Positions 1 through 9,077 of a stretch of DNA of 32,932 bases are shown piece after piece (position 1 is the stretch's first letter; each line of letters starts with the position of its first letter). The position numbers and the translations under genes were made by a program. Location: the sequence record SRR31156797_1620; one strand, given 5' to 3'. The notes beneath the pieces were generated by a model. The model saw only the letters and a list, made by a program, of their open reading frames with translations, was not told where the DNA came from and searched no databases.

Positions 1-210
1 GTGCTCAAATACGGCGACGCGCTACATTCGTCCTCCACTAAGTCAATGAGGCTACTATCCATTTAAATGTTCAGTTAATCTCCTAATTAAATTTAATAAG
101 CTTAATTATTTGATTATTGAGTTTATTAACCCTATAGATCTGTAAAAACAATGGCTTTCAATGTTTTGAATTTAACGAGTTCTAAACACTTTAATCGGAG
201 TAGTTAAGAG

Positions 211-870
211 ATGAGTTTGCAAAGACCCTTAGCATTAAACGTAATATTGACAACACTGTTCTTCTCCATATGCCTCGCAGTACAAGGTGCCAAGGCGTCA
301 GAAAACCTTGATAAAAAGAATGTCAAAAAAGAGAGTGCTATCCAAAGAACGAGTCAAACAGATTCATGCCAAGCTGCCCTAAGCCGTGTAGAAAAATCAA
401 TGTGTAGTAGTACGGAATTGAAGGCACTTGATTCGAAATTATCGAACATTTATTCCATTGCACTGAACAAAGCCGGAAACAATGAAAGTTACTTAGTTCG
501 TGAACAATCAGGGTGGGTTAAAGGCAAAAATGAATGCTGGAAGCATGAAGATATATACACTTGTATAGAGCAAGAGTACTTGCGCAGAATTGCTTATTTA
601 CAGGCGAAATATCAATTGGTGCCTTCTATTGGGCCATTGTTCTTTGCTTGCGAAGGAAACGCAGCCAATGAAATAGTGCTGACGTACTTTCATACAAACC
701 CGAGAACGTTGGTCACAGAAAAAGGAGATTCGGTATACTTCATGTATTTAGCAACGATTGATCCTTATCGATACCAAGGTAGGAACGAGTATGTTGAGGA
801 AAGAAATACTGAACTTCTGGTTTCTTTAGGCTATAAGAAACCAGAAGAACGTTGCATCGCAAAGCCATAA
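211..870 (+). CDS. Exported LprI/DUF1311 + MliC-like protein (lysozyme-inhibitor family architecture)
   Basis: N-terminal signal peptide. The DUF1311-type Cys pattern is present (C-x9-C, LKALDSKL..Y, EQSGW...NEC, CI...Y..RI..L). The C-terminal MliC-like part (FAC...RYQGRN...C) lacks the usual SASGARY loop. Confidence 0.7.
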   Translation: MSLQRPLALNVILTTLFFSICLAVQGAKASENLDKKNVKKESAIQRTSQTDSCQAALSRVEKSMCSSTELKALDSKLSNIYSIALNKAGNNESYLVREQSGWVKGKNECWKHEDIYTCIEQEYLRRIAYLQAKYQLVPSIGPLFFACEGNAANEIVLTYFHTNPRTLVTEKGDSVYFMYLATIDPYRYQGRNEYVEERNTELLVSLGYKKPEERCIAKP

Positions 871-915
871 TTCTCTGTAAACAAACTTAAATATAGGCAT
901 TAAAAAACACACTAT

Positions 916-1677
916 TTATACGCAGACGCGATCTTTCGCTGTGACATTTCGCTCCTTAGCTATGTTTCGCAATAGAATTAGAGCAAAAATTGCATTTGGA
1001 AAATTAAGTAAAATTGGACCATAGAGCGCCATCGAGTTAGAACCTTCACTGCTTACCTCTGGCGCTGCAGAACCAACAAGAAACAATAAGCAATCCCACA
1101 AAAAGTGGTAAATGATGGCTGTCCATATCGAGCCCGTACGGAGAACTATGGCTAACAATACCAGCCCACTCATACCTGCCGCGATAGACTGCATAATGGC
1201 AGGCCCAAGCTCACCGGTTATAAATACATTCAACGCGTGAACCGCTCCAAACAAAAAAGAAGTCAGGAGAATCGCTGACCAGATAGACATCGCTTGTTCA
1301 AACGCGCGAAATAAAATTCCACGAAACATGATCTCTTCTGAAGTCCCAACAAGGAAAGTATTTAACACAATGAACAATATAACGTTCTCAGTCGGTAACC
1401 CAAAATAGACAAGCCCTGCTAGGAATAAAATGAGATAAACACTAGGAAACCACATGGTGCGAAGAATCGAATACGGCTTGTTAAAACCGATATCCCTCCA
1501 TTTAAAAATGGCAATAGCGATAAGTAACAACGCAATGGCCAACAAGAAATGCCACCCTATTCCTTCGCTAACCAATTCAACCAATGAGACTTCGCTGCCT
1601 GCAATATATCGAGCACCAAGCATTGTGATTAGCACCCATGCAATATAAATAGCGAGGCTTATCAATATCCGTTTCAA
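916..1677 (-). CDS. CPBP/Abi (CAAX protease-like) intramembrane metalloprotease
   Basis: Multiple TM segments with motifs EEIMFRG, LFGAVH and HFLWD. Start moved to TTG 1677, which follows the SD AAGGAAGG. Confidence 0.88.
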   Translation of the reverse strand: MKRILISLAIYIAWVLITMLGARYIAGSEVSLVELVSEGIGWHFLLAIALLLIAIAIFKWRDIGFNKPYSILRTMWFPSVYLILFLAGLVYFGLPTENVILFIVLNTFLVGTSEEIMFRGILFRAFEQAMSIWSAILLTSFLFGAVHALNVFITGELGPAIMQSIAAGMSGLVLLAIVLRTGSIWTAIIYHFLWDCLLFLVGSAAPEVSSEGSNSMALYGPILLNFPNAIFALILLRNIAKERNVTAKDRVCV

Positions 1678-1745
1678 GTAGCCTTCCTTATACCTATTCA
1701 CTAAAACCTGCTCTCAAAGTACTACTCACGCTCTCGTAGGCAGAA

Positions 1746-2729
1746 TCAATCCTGATTGAAGAAGAAAACCAAACTTCCACCTTTAAACGCACTGCCATAG
1801 TTCACAGTCAAACCAATCCCTATATTTTCGATAAAACTGATATCGAAAGGTGGTGTCATCAACCAGCCTAACGTTGCTTCATAATAGAATGTGGTTCCTA
1901 AATTAGCGACAGCGTCGCTTCCGACATCAACCCTTCTAAGCGTGCTATATATTGACTGTTCAGAGGTTCCTATATGACTAAAATTATAGATAGCAGTCGC
2001 ACCGTTAGCGATATACCATCCTTCAGGGTTGCCTATATCCCCGTCATTCGCATCGCCCCAACCGTAGCCATAAAAATAATGACTGCTGGAAAACAATTTC
2101 CATGTTCCCCAATCCTCTTCTTGCTGATAGCTGAATTTGATGTGTGGTTCGTAAATATTAGCCCAAGCTGAAGTGTTGAATAACAGATCGTCAAATACGG
2201 GTTGAATTGCCTTACCGATTACGCTGTTATAAGTCATTGTATTTTGGTAATACATTAAGTGAGAGCCTAACCCTGGCTCAATCCGCCAGTTATCAGTTAA
2301 AGCGTATTCGTAACGATAGGCTATAAACATGTCCAGAACAGTTTGACTTAAATTATCGTCAACCGTTTGGTTATCCGTCCACCTAAGGGACTCTTCGGTC
2401 GCTAAGCCTGAAAAGCGGACCAATAACTCGTGCTTATTCGTCTCATTTTCATCATTCAGCCTAAATGATAGAGGTAACATGGAAATAGCGTATTTTTGTC
2501 TATTCTCAACAGAATCATCAGTACCTAGCTCATCGAACTGGCTATTGAACAAACTGTTTGGATTGAAGTCAGCGAAACCGACAGTGAAAACATCACTGTC
2601 ACTCATGACTACCGTGTAAGCAAAACTATGCTCGAGGAAATTGCTGATAACATCGTAACTCTGTGCATAAACCTTATTGCCACAGACTAGATATAACGAG
2701 AAGACACAAACCAAGCCTTGTTTTGACAC
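1746..2729 (-). CDS. Solitary outer-membrane autotransporter-like beta-barrel protein (Omp_AT/DUF3233 type)
   Basis: Signal peptide, VVMSDSDVFTVGFADFNP motif, amphipathic aromatic-rich strands and C-terminal GGSLVFFFN. Confidence 0.72.
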   Translation of the reverse strand: MSKQGLVCVFSLYLVCGNKVYAQSYDVISNFLEHSFAYTVVMSDSDVFTVGFADFNPNSLFNSQFDELGTDDSVENRQKYAISMLPLSFRLNDENETNKHELLVRFSGLATEESLRWTDNQTVDDNLSQTVLDMFIAYRYEYALTDNWRIEPGLGSHLMYYQNTMTYNSVIGKAIQPVFDDLLFNTSAWANIYEPHIKFSYQQEEDWGTWKLFSSSHYFYGYGWGDANDGDIGNPEGWYIANGATAIYNFSHIGTSEQSIYSTLRRVDVGSDAVANLGTTFYYEATLGWLMTPPFDISFIENIGIGLTVNYGSAFKGGSLVFFFNQD

Positions 2730-3105
2730 TGCGACCCTTTCCTTTTGGTATGTTGGATTTTCATCAAAATATTTTTATTAGCCTAATCATATGCCTAGGC
2801 AGTAGTTAGATATTATTAATTAGCAATCGTTATCTGAACAAGTAAATTCATCTAATTGTTCCCTTAGCCACATATGCAGACGCTCAAATATTCATCGTAG
2901 TTCATAAGTTTACCTCAAATACAAACACCAAACCTACACCTAAGTTAATTCATTGATTTTATTAATTATTATCATTATTAAATTTAATTAATCTTATTTT
3001 CCTCCAGACTGACCTAATCTCACGAAATCGATAATGCCCTTGAAGTTCGTTCTACATTCCTTGGACCTTAAGTAGCAGAATGATTTCTAAATAGTGGAGG
3101 CCTCT

Positions 3106-3945
3106 TTGCGGTTATTAATCCTATCTCTTATTTTGGCAGTAAGCGGCTGTGTGTCTGTTCAAACACCAACAGCTCCCCCAAAAAGCGATGTTGCTTCAAT
3201 TGAAGTCATTGAAGATCTACCAAGCGAAATGCCGAGAGGTACAACTCAGTTCAATCAATCGCAGCTCGTTTTTGTTCATGCTGACCAAGCATCGGAATTT
3301 TTAACCGGCTTAGTCGTACCTGTCCCTTTTGTTACAGGTATTGTCGTTGACTACGTAAACGATAGTGCTGCCGAAGGGTATGAAACAAAATTAAAACAGA
3401 TGCGCGTGTATGACATAGTGAACAACGAACTGGCGAAACAAGATGTGTCACAACTAAATAGTGAAGACTACAAACTATACCCGTTTGTGTTCATTGAAGA
3501 GTGTAATGATGACGTGTATAGGTTGTCACTAGCCTACCAATTGGAAAAAGATGGATGGATAGGGCGTTACTATTATCATCTGCCGACTACGATTCAAATA
3601 GAAGATATAGCCTCCCCAACACTCGAAACGCTAAGTTCCATAGACAATGATTTACACTTTGGCGTCCCAGTACTACTTCAAATTGTAGAGAATGATATTA
3701 AAGGTGAATTACCGCATTCAGGCAAAAAAGTTGAGGTCGGCAGTCTCTATATCGTGGGAGGTAACATCTCTGGGATAATTAGCCCAACAGTGTCTACGTT
3801 TAAAAACGCAGAAATCATTGATGAAACAACTTCGAATCTCACTATTAGTATTCCTGGAGACCCCACCGGCAAGGCAAAGAATGGAGGTATGGCTTTCGGA
3901 ATCCACTATTTCGAAAAGGGTCAATTGCATACTCTTATTCGTTGA
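3106..3945 (+). CDS. Hypothetical lipoprotein
   Basis: SD GGAGG (3096-3100) precedes TTG 3106; lipobox LAVSG-C. No family recognised. Confidence 0.75.
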   Translation: MRLLILSLILAVSGCVSVQTPTAPPKSDVASIEVIEDLPSEMPRGTTQFNQSQLVFVHADQASEFLTGLVVPVPFVTGIVVDYVNDSAAEGYETKLKQMRVYDIVNNELAKQDVSQLNSEDYKLYPFVFIEECNDDVYRLSLAYQLEKDGWIGRYYYHLPTTIQIEDIASPTLETLSSIDNDLHFGVPVLLQIVENDIKGELPHSGKKVEVGSLYIVGGNISGIISPTVSTFKNAEIIDETTSNLTISIPGDPTGKAKNGGMAFGIHYFEKGQLHTLIR

Positions 3946-4054
3946 ATAAAGTATGTAAAGTGTATAAAGAGGCTGGTTCAGACAACGCAATTAGCTGAGT
4001 ATCTAGTTGATTGCTTGTAGTGAGGATGATCTTAAGTATCGAAAAAATCGTCAA

Positions 4055-4119
4055 AAAAAACAAATTATGTGTAGAAAACTGTATGTTTTTTGGGGGGACG
4101 ATTTATGGATTCAGGGACA
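4055..4119 (-). mobile_element. Right end of a second (distal) Tn7-like element extending leftward
   Basis: The minus strand from 4119 reads TGTCCCTGAATCCATAAATCGTCC, with a terminal TGT and CATAA at position 13. Further CATA cores at 4085 and 4069 give 22- and 16-bp spacing, the same as the ffs-proximal right end. Confidence 0.72.
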
Positions 4120-4138
4120 ATATTTTTGCTAGAGCAGA

Positions 4139-4240
4139 TGTCGCTGAAACCATAAGATATCCTAATTACCTAAAGAAAATTAATCAGTTACCAACATAGT
4201 AAAACTATATAGTATCCTAGCATGAAAGCATAAGGTGTCT
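4139..4240 (+). repeat. Tn7-like left end with widely spaced TnsB-type binding sites
   Basis: TGT terminus and CATA-core sites at 4151, 4195 and 4229. CATAAGGTGTC (4229-4239) matches CATAAAGTGTC in the right end (12129-12119, minus) at 10/11. A partial IHF-like AATCAG lies at 4182-4187. Confidence 0.78.
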
Positions 4241-4645
4241 TATTTAACGCTTCCGTTTAACCCTAATGATAATTATTAAAGAAAACTACTTACATACTAT
4301 TCACATCAACTACTTGATTTCATCCAGATGCATATAAATCTCAATGACAAAGCCGCTTGGTAATGACGGTACAACAAATAGGATTTGTGTGATTGTTTTA
4401 CCTATACGCTAATTTTAATGCCAATTATTCATTACAACTTAACAGTTAGAGGCTATAACACGATACCGCGATTGAAACATAGTCCAAACAAATCATCATG
4501 CGCTCTTGAATCGCTGATCCCATTAAGGACTGAGCACGATGATTATCGCTTGCAGACATGATTTGCTTATTCAGAAGAACGGCAGAACTTCTTCAGAGAA
4601 TAACGCCCCAGTTCTTTACTACACGTGTTTAAGTAAAAAAATTAT

Positions 4646-6949
4646 TCATTGATATGTTTCCCATGCCCCCCAAATACTTGCGCTATCTTTTCGGTTCGAT
4701 AGTTTTGTCGCCAACATAGCTTGGACTTCCCTAATGGCTGCAGGAGGAGAATATGAGTCTGTATTGATGAGGTCAGCGACTTGCGACATAAATTCATACG
4801 TCTCATCAGAGACGACATTCCATTGCGATGCAATTACGCTTGATGCTCCAGCATACTGAAACGAAGTGATCAGTGAATTGAAGCTACCCTCTACTTCACC
4901 TGCACCCGCAGTGTTACATGCGGCAAGCAGTACAGAACTGTCGCTGATATCCAAGTTAGCTATCTCATCAGCCTGTAGAATACTATCATTGGATTGATCA
5001 TTAAAATCGATACTCATTGCCAGCCCTGGGTATGGGACTGGATTGCTTTTCGAAGGGAATATCGTATGAGTCGAAAAGCTGATGAAATTCCAGTTTCCCT
5101 GGTTAATTGAGCTCTTGACTGTCGATTCCACAGCTTCTTCCTGCGTTAGCAATAACCGGCGATAACGACGATGCTGCCCTAGTAGAGCCAGAGACTCTAA
5201 TAACGTATCAGGCAAGGCATCCAGCCTGATCACCGTATTCTGACTTTCAAAATAGGGCGACATCTCAAACTTTGGCGGTGGTGGTGCGTAGAACACAGGG
5301 TCAGAGATGGCGAGTCGATTATTGGTACCGCCAGCCTTTTCCTTATTCACTCCGATACGATTTAGTAAGCTGTATCGAGAAACGGACTTTTCTTCCACTA
5401 ACCACTTTTTGCTGCGTGAATTATAAAGCGTCGCGATAGGCAACTGCTCCAAAACCCCATAGGAAACAACTGATATTGCAGGACTGGATATATTTTCAAT
5501 ATCCAGTGTCTTTGTCAGTTTATAGCCGCTTTTACGCGCATCTCTGCGCTCAATGATATTTTGACGATGTGCTGCAATGGCTTGATAAAGAGAATTTGAC
5601 TCAACCACTTTAACCCGAAAGTCGTGAGAATTGATATAATACATCACGCTCTCTGTCCCTAGGTCCACTACATACAGAAGTGTCTCATCCTTTCGAAGAT
5701 TCGACTGGATATTTGTCATATCACTCGCACTGGTTCTCGAAGAAGCTTGGAACTTACTGGCCAGACTAGCAATGCTTTGGATTAAAGATTCATTGTTTAG
5801 CTCGCCGTTTTTTAGCTTCCTGGACAATTCCTGCTGAAGTGAGACTAACTGTTTATAGCGTTGTTCGGATTTCCCTTCCAACCTCATTACCGGTGCGACC
5901 GGATTAGTCACAAACAAATGTTGGGATATTTCGAAAACAACCTTCTGGACTTCCTTACTGTTGGGGTAGGCATTAAGAAGTGATACTAACAGCGCGTTAA
6001 TTTGGGGCTTCATTTTAATTTGTCGACCGTAATCATAGGCATTTAAAATGAGTCTGAATGAGCGAACGGCGTCCTCCAAAAATGCGCGTCTTTGAGGCTC
6101 TTGGTTAAATGCACTCAATAGATTGATTAGGAGTTGGTTTTCAAGTGATATGTTTTCAGGTTTTCTCGAAAAGTATTCGCCAATTTCCTTGTCCAAACTG
6201 TAGCGATGGGCAGAACCTTTGAGTAACACGATTTCTTTCATCACTGCGATAGAAAGCAGGTTATCAGATACAAATGTTGTCTTTTTATCTATGTAGCCAC
6301 CGGCATCAAACGCTCTTACCTGTTTGTTTAACTCGGAATAGGCCCCCTCTGAAAGTAGCCGTTGTAAATAATCCAAATATCGTGTGGATGCATGATAAGG
6401 GACAAGCGTCGATGAAATAAACACTTGGTTGTCTTGCCGTAACGCTGCAATCAACCGTTCCTGATCTTCTCTGGCATTATAGTCTGATGGATGGGTTAAA
6501 GAGAACGCATCGAGTCTGAGCTCATCATCCTCTATATCAGAGTCATTAATCACTTGCCTTGCGTAATAGTACGCCAGTGTTTGTCGACCAGATTTAATGT
6601 ACAAGGACAGCAGTTGACCAAGTATTTGTTGATATTCTGATAAGTAATAATCTTTGATCGGGTAGATTTCACTTTTCAGTGTTAGCAACTGATTTTCTGC
6701 CGCAACTAACTCTGTCCCAAGTAATACTTGCAGATCCGAGATATTCAGTGCAAGCTCCAGTGTATCCAAAGGGTCCGAGCAAGCTGCGGAGGCCTTTTGG
6801 TAGACCTTCTTAAGGTTATCCAATTGAGTGTAGTTAGGGTTTTGTAACCATGATCCCATTAAGGCCCTGTGCTGACGGTTTACGTCTTCTAGGTTACATG
6901 AATATGCTGTCGAAACAAACAATAGCCCAAGTAGTAGCAGAAACTTCAT
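4646..6949 (-). CDS. Exported CHAT-domain (caspase-like, clan CD) protease with helical/TPR-like N-terminus
   Basis: Signal peptide MKFLLLLGLLFVSTAYS. CHAT motifs: SYGVLEQLPIATL, WLVEE, ISDPVF, LDALPDTLLE, FISFSTH (His628), VLLAACNTA (Cys678), FQYAGASSVIASQWNV, WGAW. Confidence 0.9.
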   Translation of the reverse strand: MKFLLLLGLLFVSTAYSCNLEDVNRQHRALMGSWLQNPNYTQLDNLKKVYQKASAACSDPLDTLELALNISDLQVLLGTELVAAENQLLTLKSEIYPIKDYYLSEYQQILGQLLSLYIKSGRQTLAYYYARQVINDSDIEDDELRLDAFSLTHPSDYNAREDQERLIAALRQDNQVFISSTLVPYHASTRYLDYLQRLLSEGAYSELNKQVRAFDAGGYIDKKTTFVSDNLLSIAVMKEIVLLKGSAHRYSLDKEIGEYFSRKPENISLENQLLINLLSAFNQEPQRRAFLEDAVRSFRLILNAYDYGRQIKMKPQINALLVSLLNAYPNSKEVQKVVFEISQHLFVTNPVAPVMRLEGKSEQRYKQLVSLQQELSRKLKNGELNNESLIQSIASLASKFQASSRTSASDMTNIQSNLRKDETLLYVVDLGTESVMYYINSHDFRVKVVESNSLYQAIAAHRQNIIERRDARKSGYKLTKTLDIENISSPAISVVSYGVLEQLPIATLYNSRSKKWLVEEKSVSRYSLLNRIGVNKEKAGGTNNRLAISDPVFYAPPPPKFEMSPYFESQNTVIRLDALPDTLLESLALLGQHRRYRRLLLTQEEAVESTVKSSINQGNWNFISFSTHTIFPSKSNPVPYPGLAMSIDFNDQSNDSILQADEIANLDISDSSVLLAACNTAGAGEVEGSFNSLITSFQYAGASSVIASQWNVVSDETYEFMSQVADLINTDSYSPPAAIREVQAMLATKLSNRKDSASIWGAWETYQ

Positions 6950-6951
6950 AG

Positions 6952-8190
6952 TTACATTAAGCCTTCACCTAACGGCGTACGATTCAAGGTGCCCAAATAA
7001 CCGATAACGGAAAACTCTTTCGAAGACTGATCCGTAAAGTCTACATAATCCTTCCTCAGCAAAGAGTATTTTTTGTCCATAGAACTATAGTAATTTCCTT
7101 TCGGTTTAGGTACGTCCAGAACATCACGATACATCACGTGAGTTGCCACAACTAGTTCATCAATGGCTGATTTTGGTGAAGACTTACTCAGCACAATATT
7201 GACCGCTTCACTGAGAGAGTTCTTGAACTGTTTCTGTCGTTCAGAGTTTAAAAGATGGAAATATCGAATCAAGACTTTTGAATAGTCACCATTAGACGGC
7301 ATCCTCTCGGATTCTGGGACCGATTCATAGCATGACCATAGGTAGATGAAATATAATCTAATTTTTACATCATCCGAATTCGACTCAGTAGAGTCCAATT
7401 TACTTAGGGCTAGCTTAAGGTCTTGAGGTATAAGAATCCGTTGGCCACTTTGAATGTACATGGCCACCATAGCATCTAGATTTGGGGAACGTTCCGATTT
7501 AGGTATCTTATTCCATAGTGTATTCACATACTGTACACGTTTGCCTTTTTTCTGGTCACCAAGAATAACTTTTGACAGTGTGATCTGATAAGCTTGAGCC
7601 CCATTCGTTTTGGACAATTTGCCCTCTAGCAGTTGCCATTCTCGTAAATCTTGACCAAGTCTGAGGTAGTCATGCTTAAGATTCTTTATCTGGCGCTCAT
7701 CGTACCGGACGTCAATAAAATTCGACATAAAGATGGCAGAACCGTAAGGGTTTTGGCGACTAGTATGCGCGAGCGTATTGATAGCTGAATCTGCTGACAT
7801 CCCATCAACAGTTCCTCCAGTTTCAGGTGTGTTCAACTTCGAATGATACAATTGGTTCGTTCCTTTTATCCCCTGTTTAACAGCGTTAGCATCTTGCTCC
7901 AAAGCGAAATTAGAATCTCGATACAGCGCTTTAGCTAACGCTCTGACATGTTTCTGTGCCTGATCATATTGTCTTTCTTGATGGGCCAAATAGGCTTTGA
8001 AATACTCGCATACCGCTATCGAAGCTGTATCTTTGTATTTCCCACAATCCCACTTTTTGATGGTTTGATTATGTGTTTTAACATCACTCGGTTCACTATT
8101 TAGCAATTGAAGCGGAGTCGTTGCAGCGTAAGTACCAAACGAAACTGATACTCCTAAAAGGAAAAGCAATGGTTTATTCATGACAAACAT
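6952..8190 (-). CDS. Exported alpha-helical protein with a TPR-like repeat
   Basis: SD GGAG and a signal peptide ending TYA. TPR-like segment YFKAYLAHQERQYDQAQKHVRAL. The stop lies 2 nt before the CHAT start. Confidence 0.7.
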   Translation of the reverse strand: MFVMNKPLLFLLGVSVSFGTYAATTPLQLLNSEPSDVKTHNQTIKKWDCGKYKDTASIAVCEYFKAYLAHQERQYDQAQKHVRALAKALYRDSNFALEQDANAVKQGIKGTNQLYHSKLNTPETGGTVDGMSADSAINTLAHTSRQNPYGSAIFMSNFIDVRYDERQIKNLKHDYLRLGQDLREWQLLEGKLSKTNGAQAYQITLSKVILGDQKKGKRVQYVNTLWNKIPKSERSPNLDAMVAMYIQSGQRILIPQDLKLALSKLDSTESNSDDVKIRLYFIYLWSCYESVPESERMPSNGDYSKVLIRYFHLLNSERQKQFKNSLSEAVNIVLSKSSPKSAIDELVVATHVMYRDVLDVPKPKGNYYSSMDKKYSLLRKDYVDFTDQSSKEFSVIGYLGTLNRTPLGEGLM

Positions 8191-8201
8191 ATGGCTCCAT
8201 A

Positions 8202-9077
8202 CTAATGGTCAAAATTAAGTGAATCACGTATTAAGGCTTTTAAACGGATAGAAACTCCCTTACTCTCTACAGTCATTGGTTTCTGACTTTTTCCAATGTA
8301 TTTGTACTCTAGGTTCGTCTCACAGACATATTTGTAACCTATTTGACAAAGATGCATAGTTACCAAAAGATCTGTGGGTACACTCGACTGCTGATTTTGT
8401 GTTAGCTGATTGAGAGCCTTGTCTAAATCGTACGAGTCAATTTGAAGCGAGCTTTGTGCGATTTTTTGGTTGGCATGATAAAAGGTTATCTTGTAAGCCC
8501 CCTCATTTAGTCCCGGATTCTTAAACCCTTCAAAAAATGTTCCCATCCGTACCGTTTTGGTACCTTGTGTGAGGATATAGCTTACTTGCGAATAATCTGG
8601 GGCTTTATTACACACAAGTTTCAAAAATGGCACCGAAACGTCCGTTTGTGGCAATAAAATTTGGTCAGGCGACAGGCATTTTAACTCCCCTTCAATCACT
8701 TCATCTCCCCGAACGACCCCGCCAAGCGTTCTCTGCCCTGCAACCTTCACATCGTCACCGATGAACATACCAGGAAAGGTGATCACCGCTGGACCATACA
8801 ATTCTTCACGTTCGACTTTCCCGTAAATCTGCTTGTACCAGACCAACATCCCGCCAGAGTCCAGAGAAACCTCAGTTCCCTCATAAATCGTATTGCTCGC
8901 CTTGAGCGCGGTCTGTCCTGTTTGATTGGGTAAAAGTGCCGTAACTTCCCCTTTTACTTCGACAACTAACGCTTTCATCTCCTTGATGTTGCCAGCCTGA
9001 GTATGGAATGACAGGCACAGAAACAGCATAATGAGGAAGCTCCTTGAGGTGGTCTGCATGATTATTTTTTTTATCAC
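8202..9077 (-). CDS. Exported protein with FecR-like N-terminal beta region and a DUF928-like GGxxRG linker / beta-sandwich part
   Basis: Signal peptide ending TQA. ALVVEVKGEV...LKASNTIYEGTEV resembles FecR N-termini, followed by RTLGGVVRG. Start is GTG 9077 (SD AAGG) or ATG 9059. Confidence 0.6.
   Translation of the reverse strand: MIKKIIMQTTSRSFLIMLFLCLSFHTQAGNIKEMKALVVEVKGEVTALLPNQTGQTALKASNTIYEGTEVSLDSGGMLVWYKQIYGKVEREELYGPAVITFPGMFIGDDVKVAGQRTLGGVVRGDEVIEGELKCLSPDQILLPQTDVSVPFLKLVCNKAPDYSQVSYILTQGTKTVRMGTFFEGFKNPGLNEGAYKITFYHANQKIAQSSLQIDSYDLDKALNQLTQNQQSSVPTDLLVTMHLCQIGYKYVCETNLEYKYIGKSQKPMTVESKGVSIRLKALIRDSLNFDH

Noticed and set aside
2760-2950. Scattered CATA/CCTAAG motifs and a TGT that might be the left end of the distal element
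   Set aside because: The terminus geometry is wrong and no ATATT directly precedes a TGT. Such motifs are expected by chance in AT-rich DNA.
3950-3984. Minus-strand TGTCTGAACCAG resembling a third transposon end
   Set aside because: There is no CATAA core at the expected position and no regular site spacing.
4011-4199. 62-aa ORF in the track
   Set aside because: It runs across the two back-to-back transposon ends and homopolymer tracts and has no protein features.
4398-4412. Minus-strand TTAGC-GTATA-GGTAA, resembling a type I-F CRISPR repeat hairpin, near the left end where CAST arrays lie
   Set aside because: It is a single copy with a stem mismatch. There is no second repeat at ~60-bp spacing and no ffs-matching spacer, so no CRISPR array can be supported.
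4418-4620. Short interrupted frames on both strands that look like a gene remnant
   Set aside because: No family is recognisable by eye. A BLASTx search would be needed, especially against cas6f, tniQ or regulator genes.
6890-6949. Possible lipobox in the CHAT protein (TAYS-C)
   Set aside because: Tyr at -2 and Ala at -3 fit the lipobox poorly, so a standard signal peptidase I signal is more likely. SignalP would decide.
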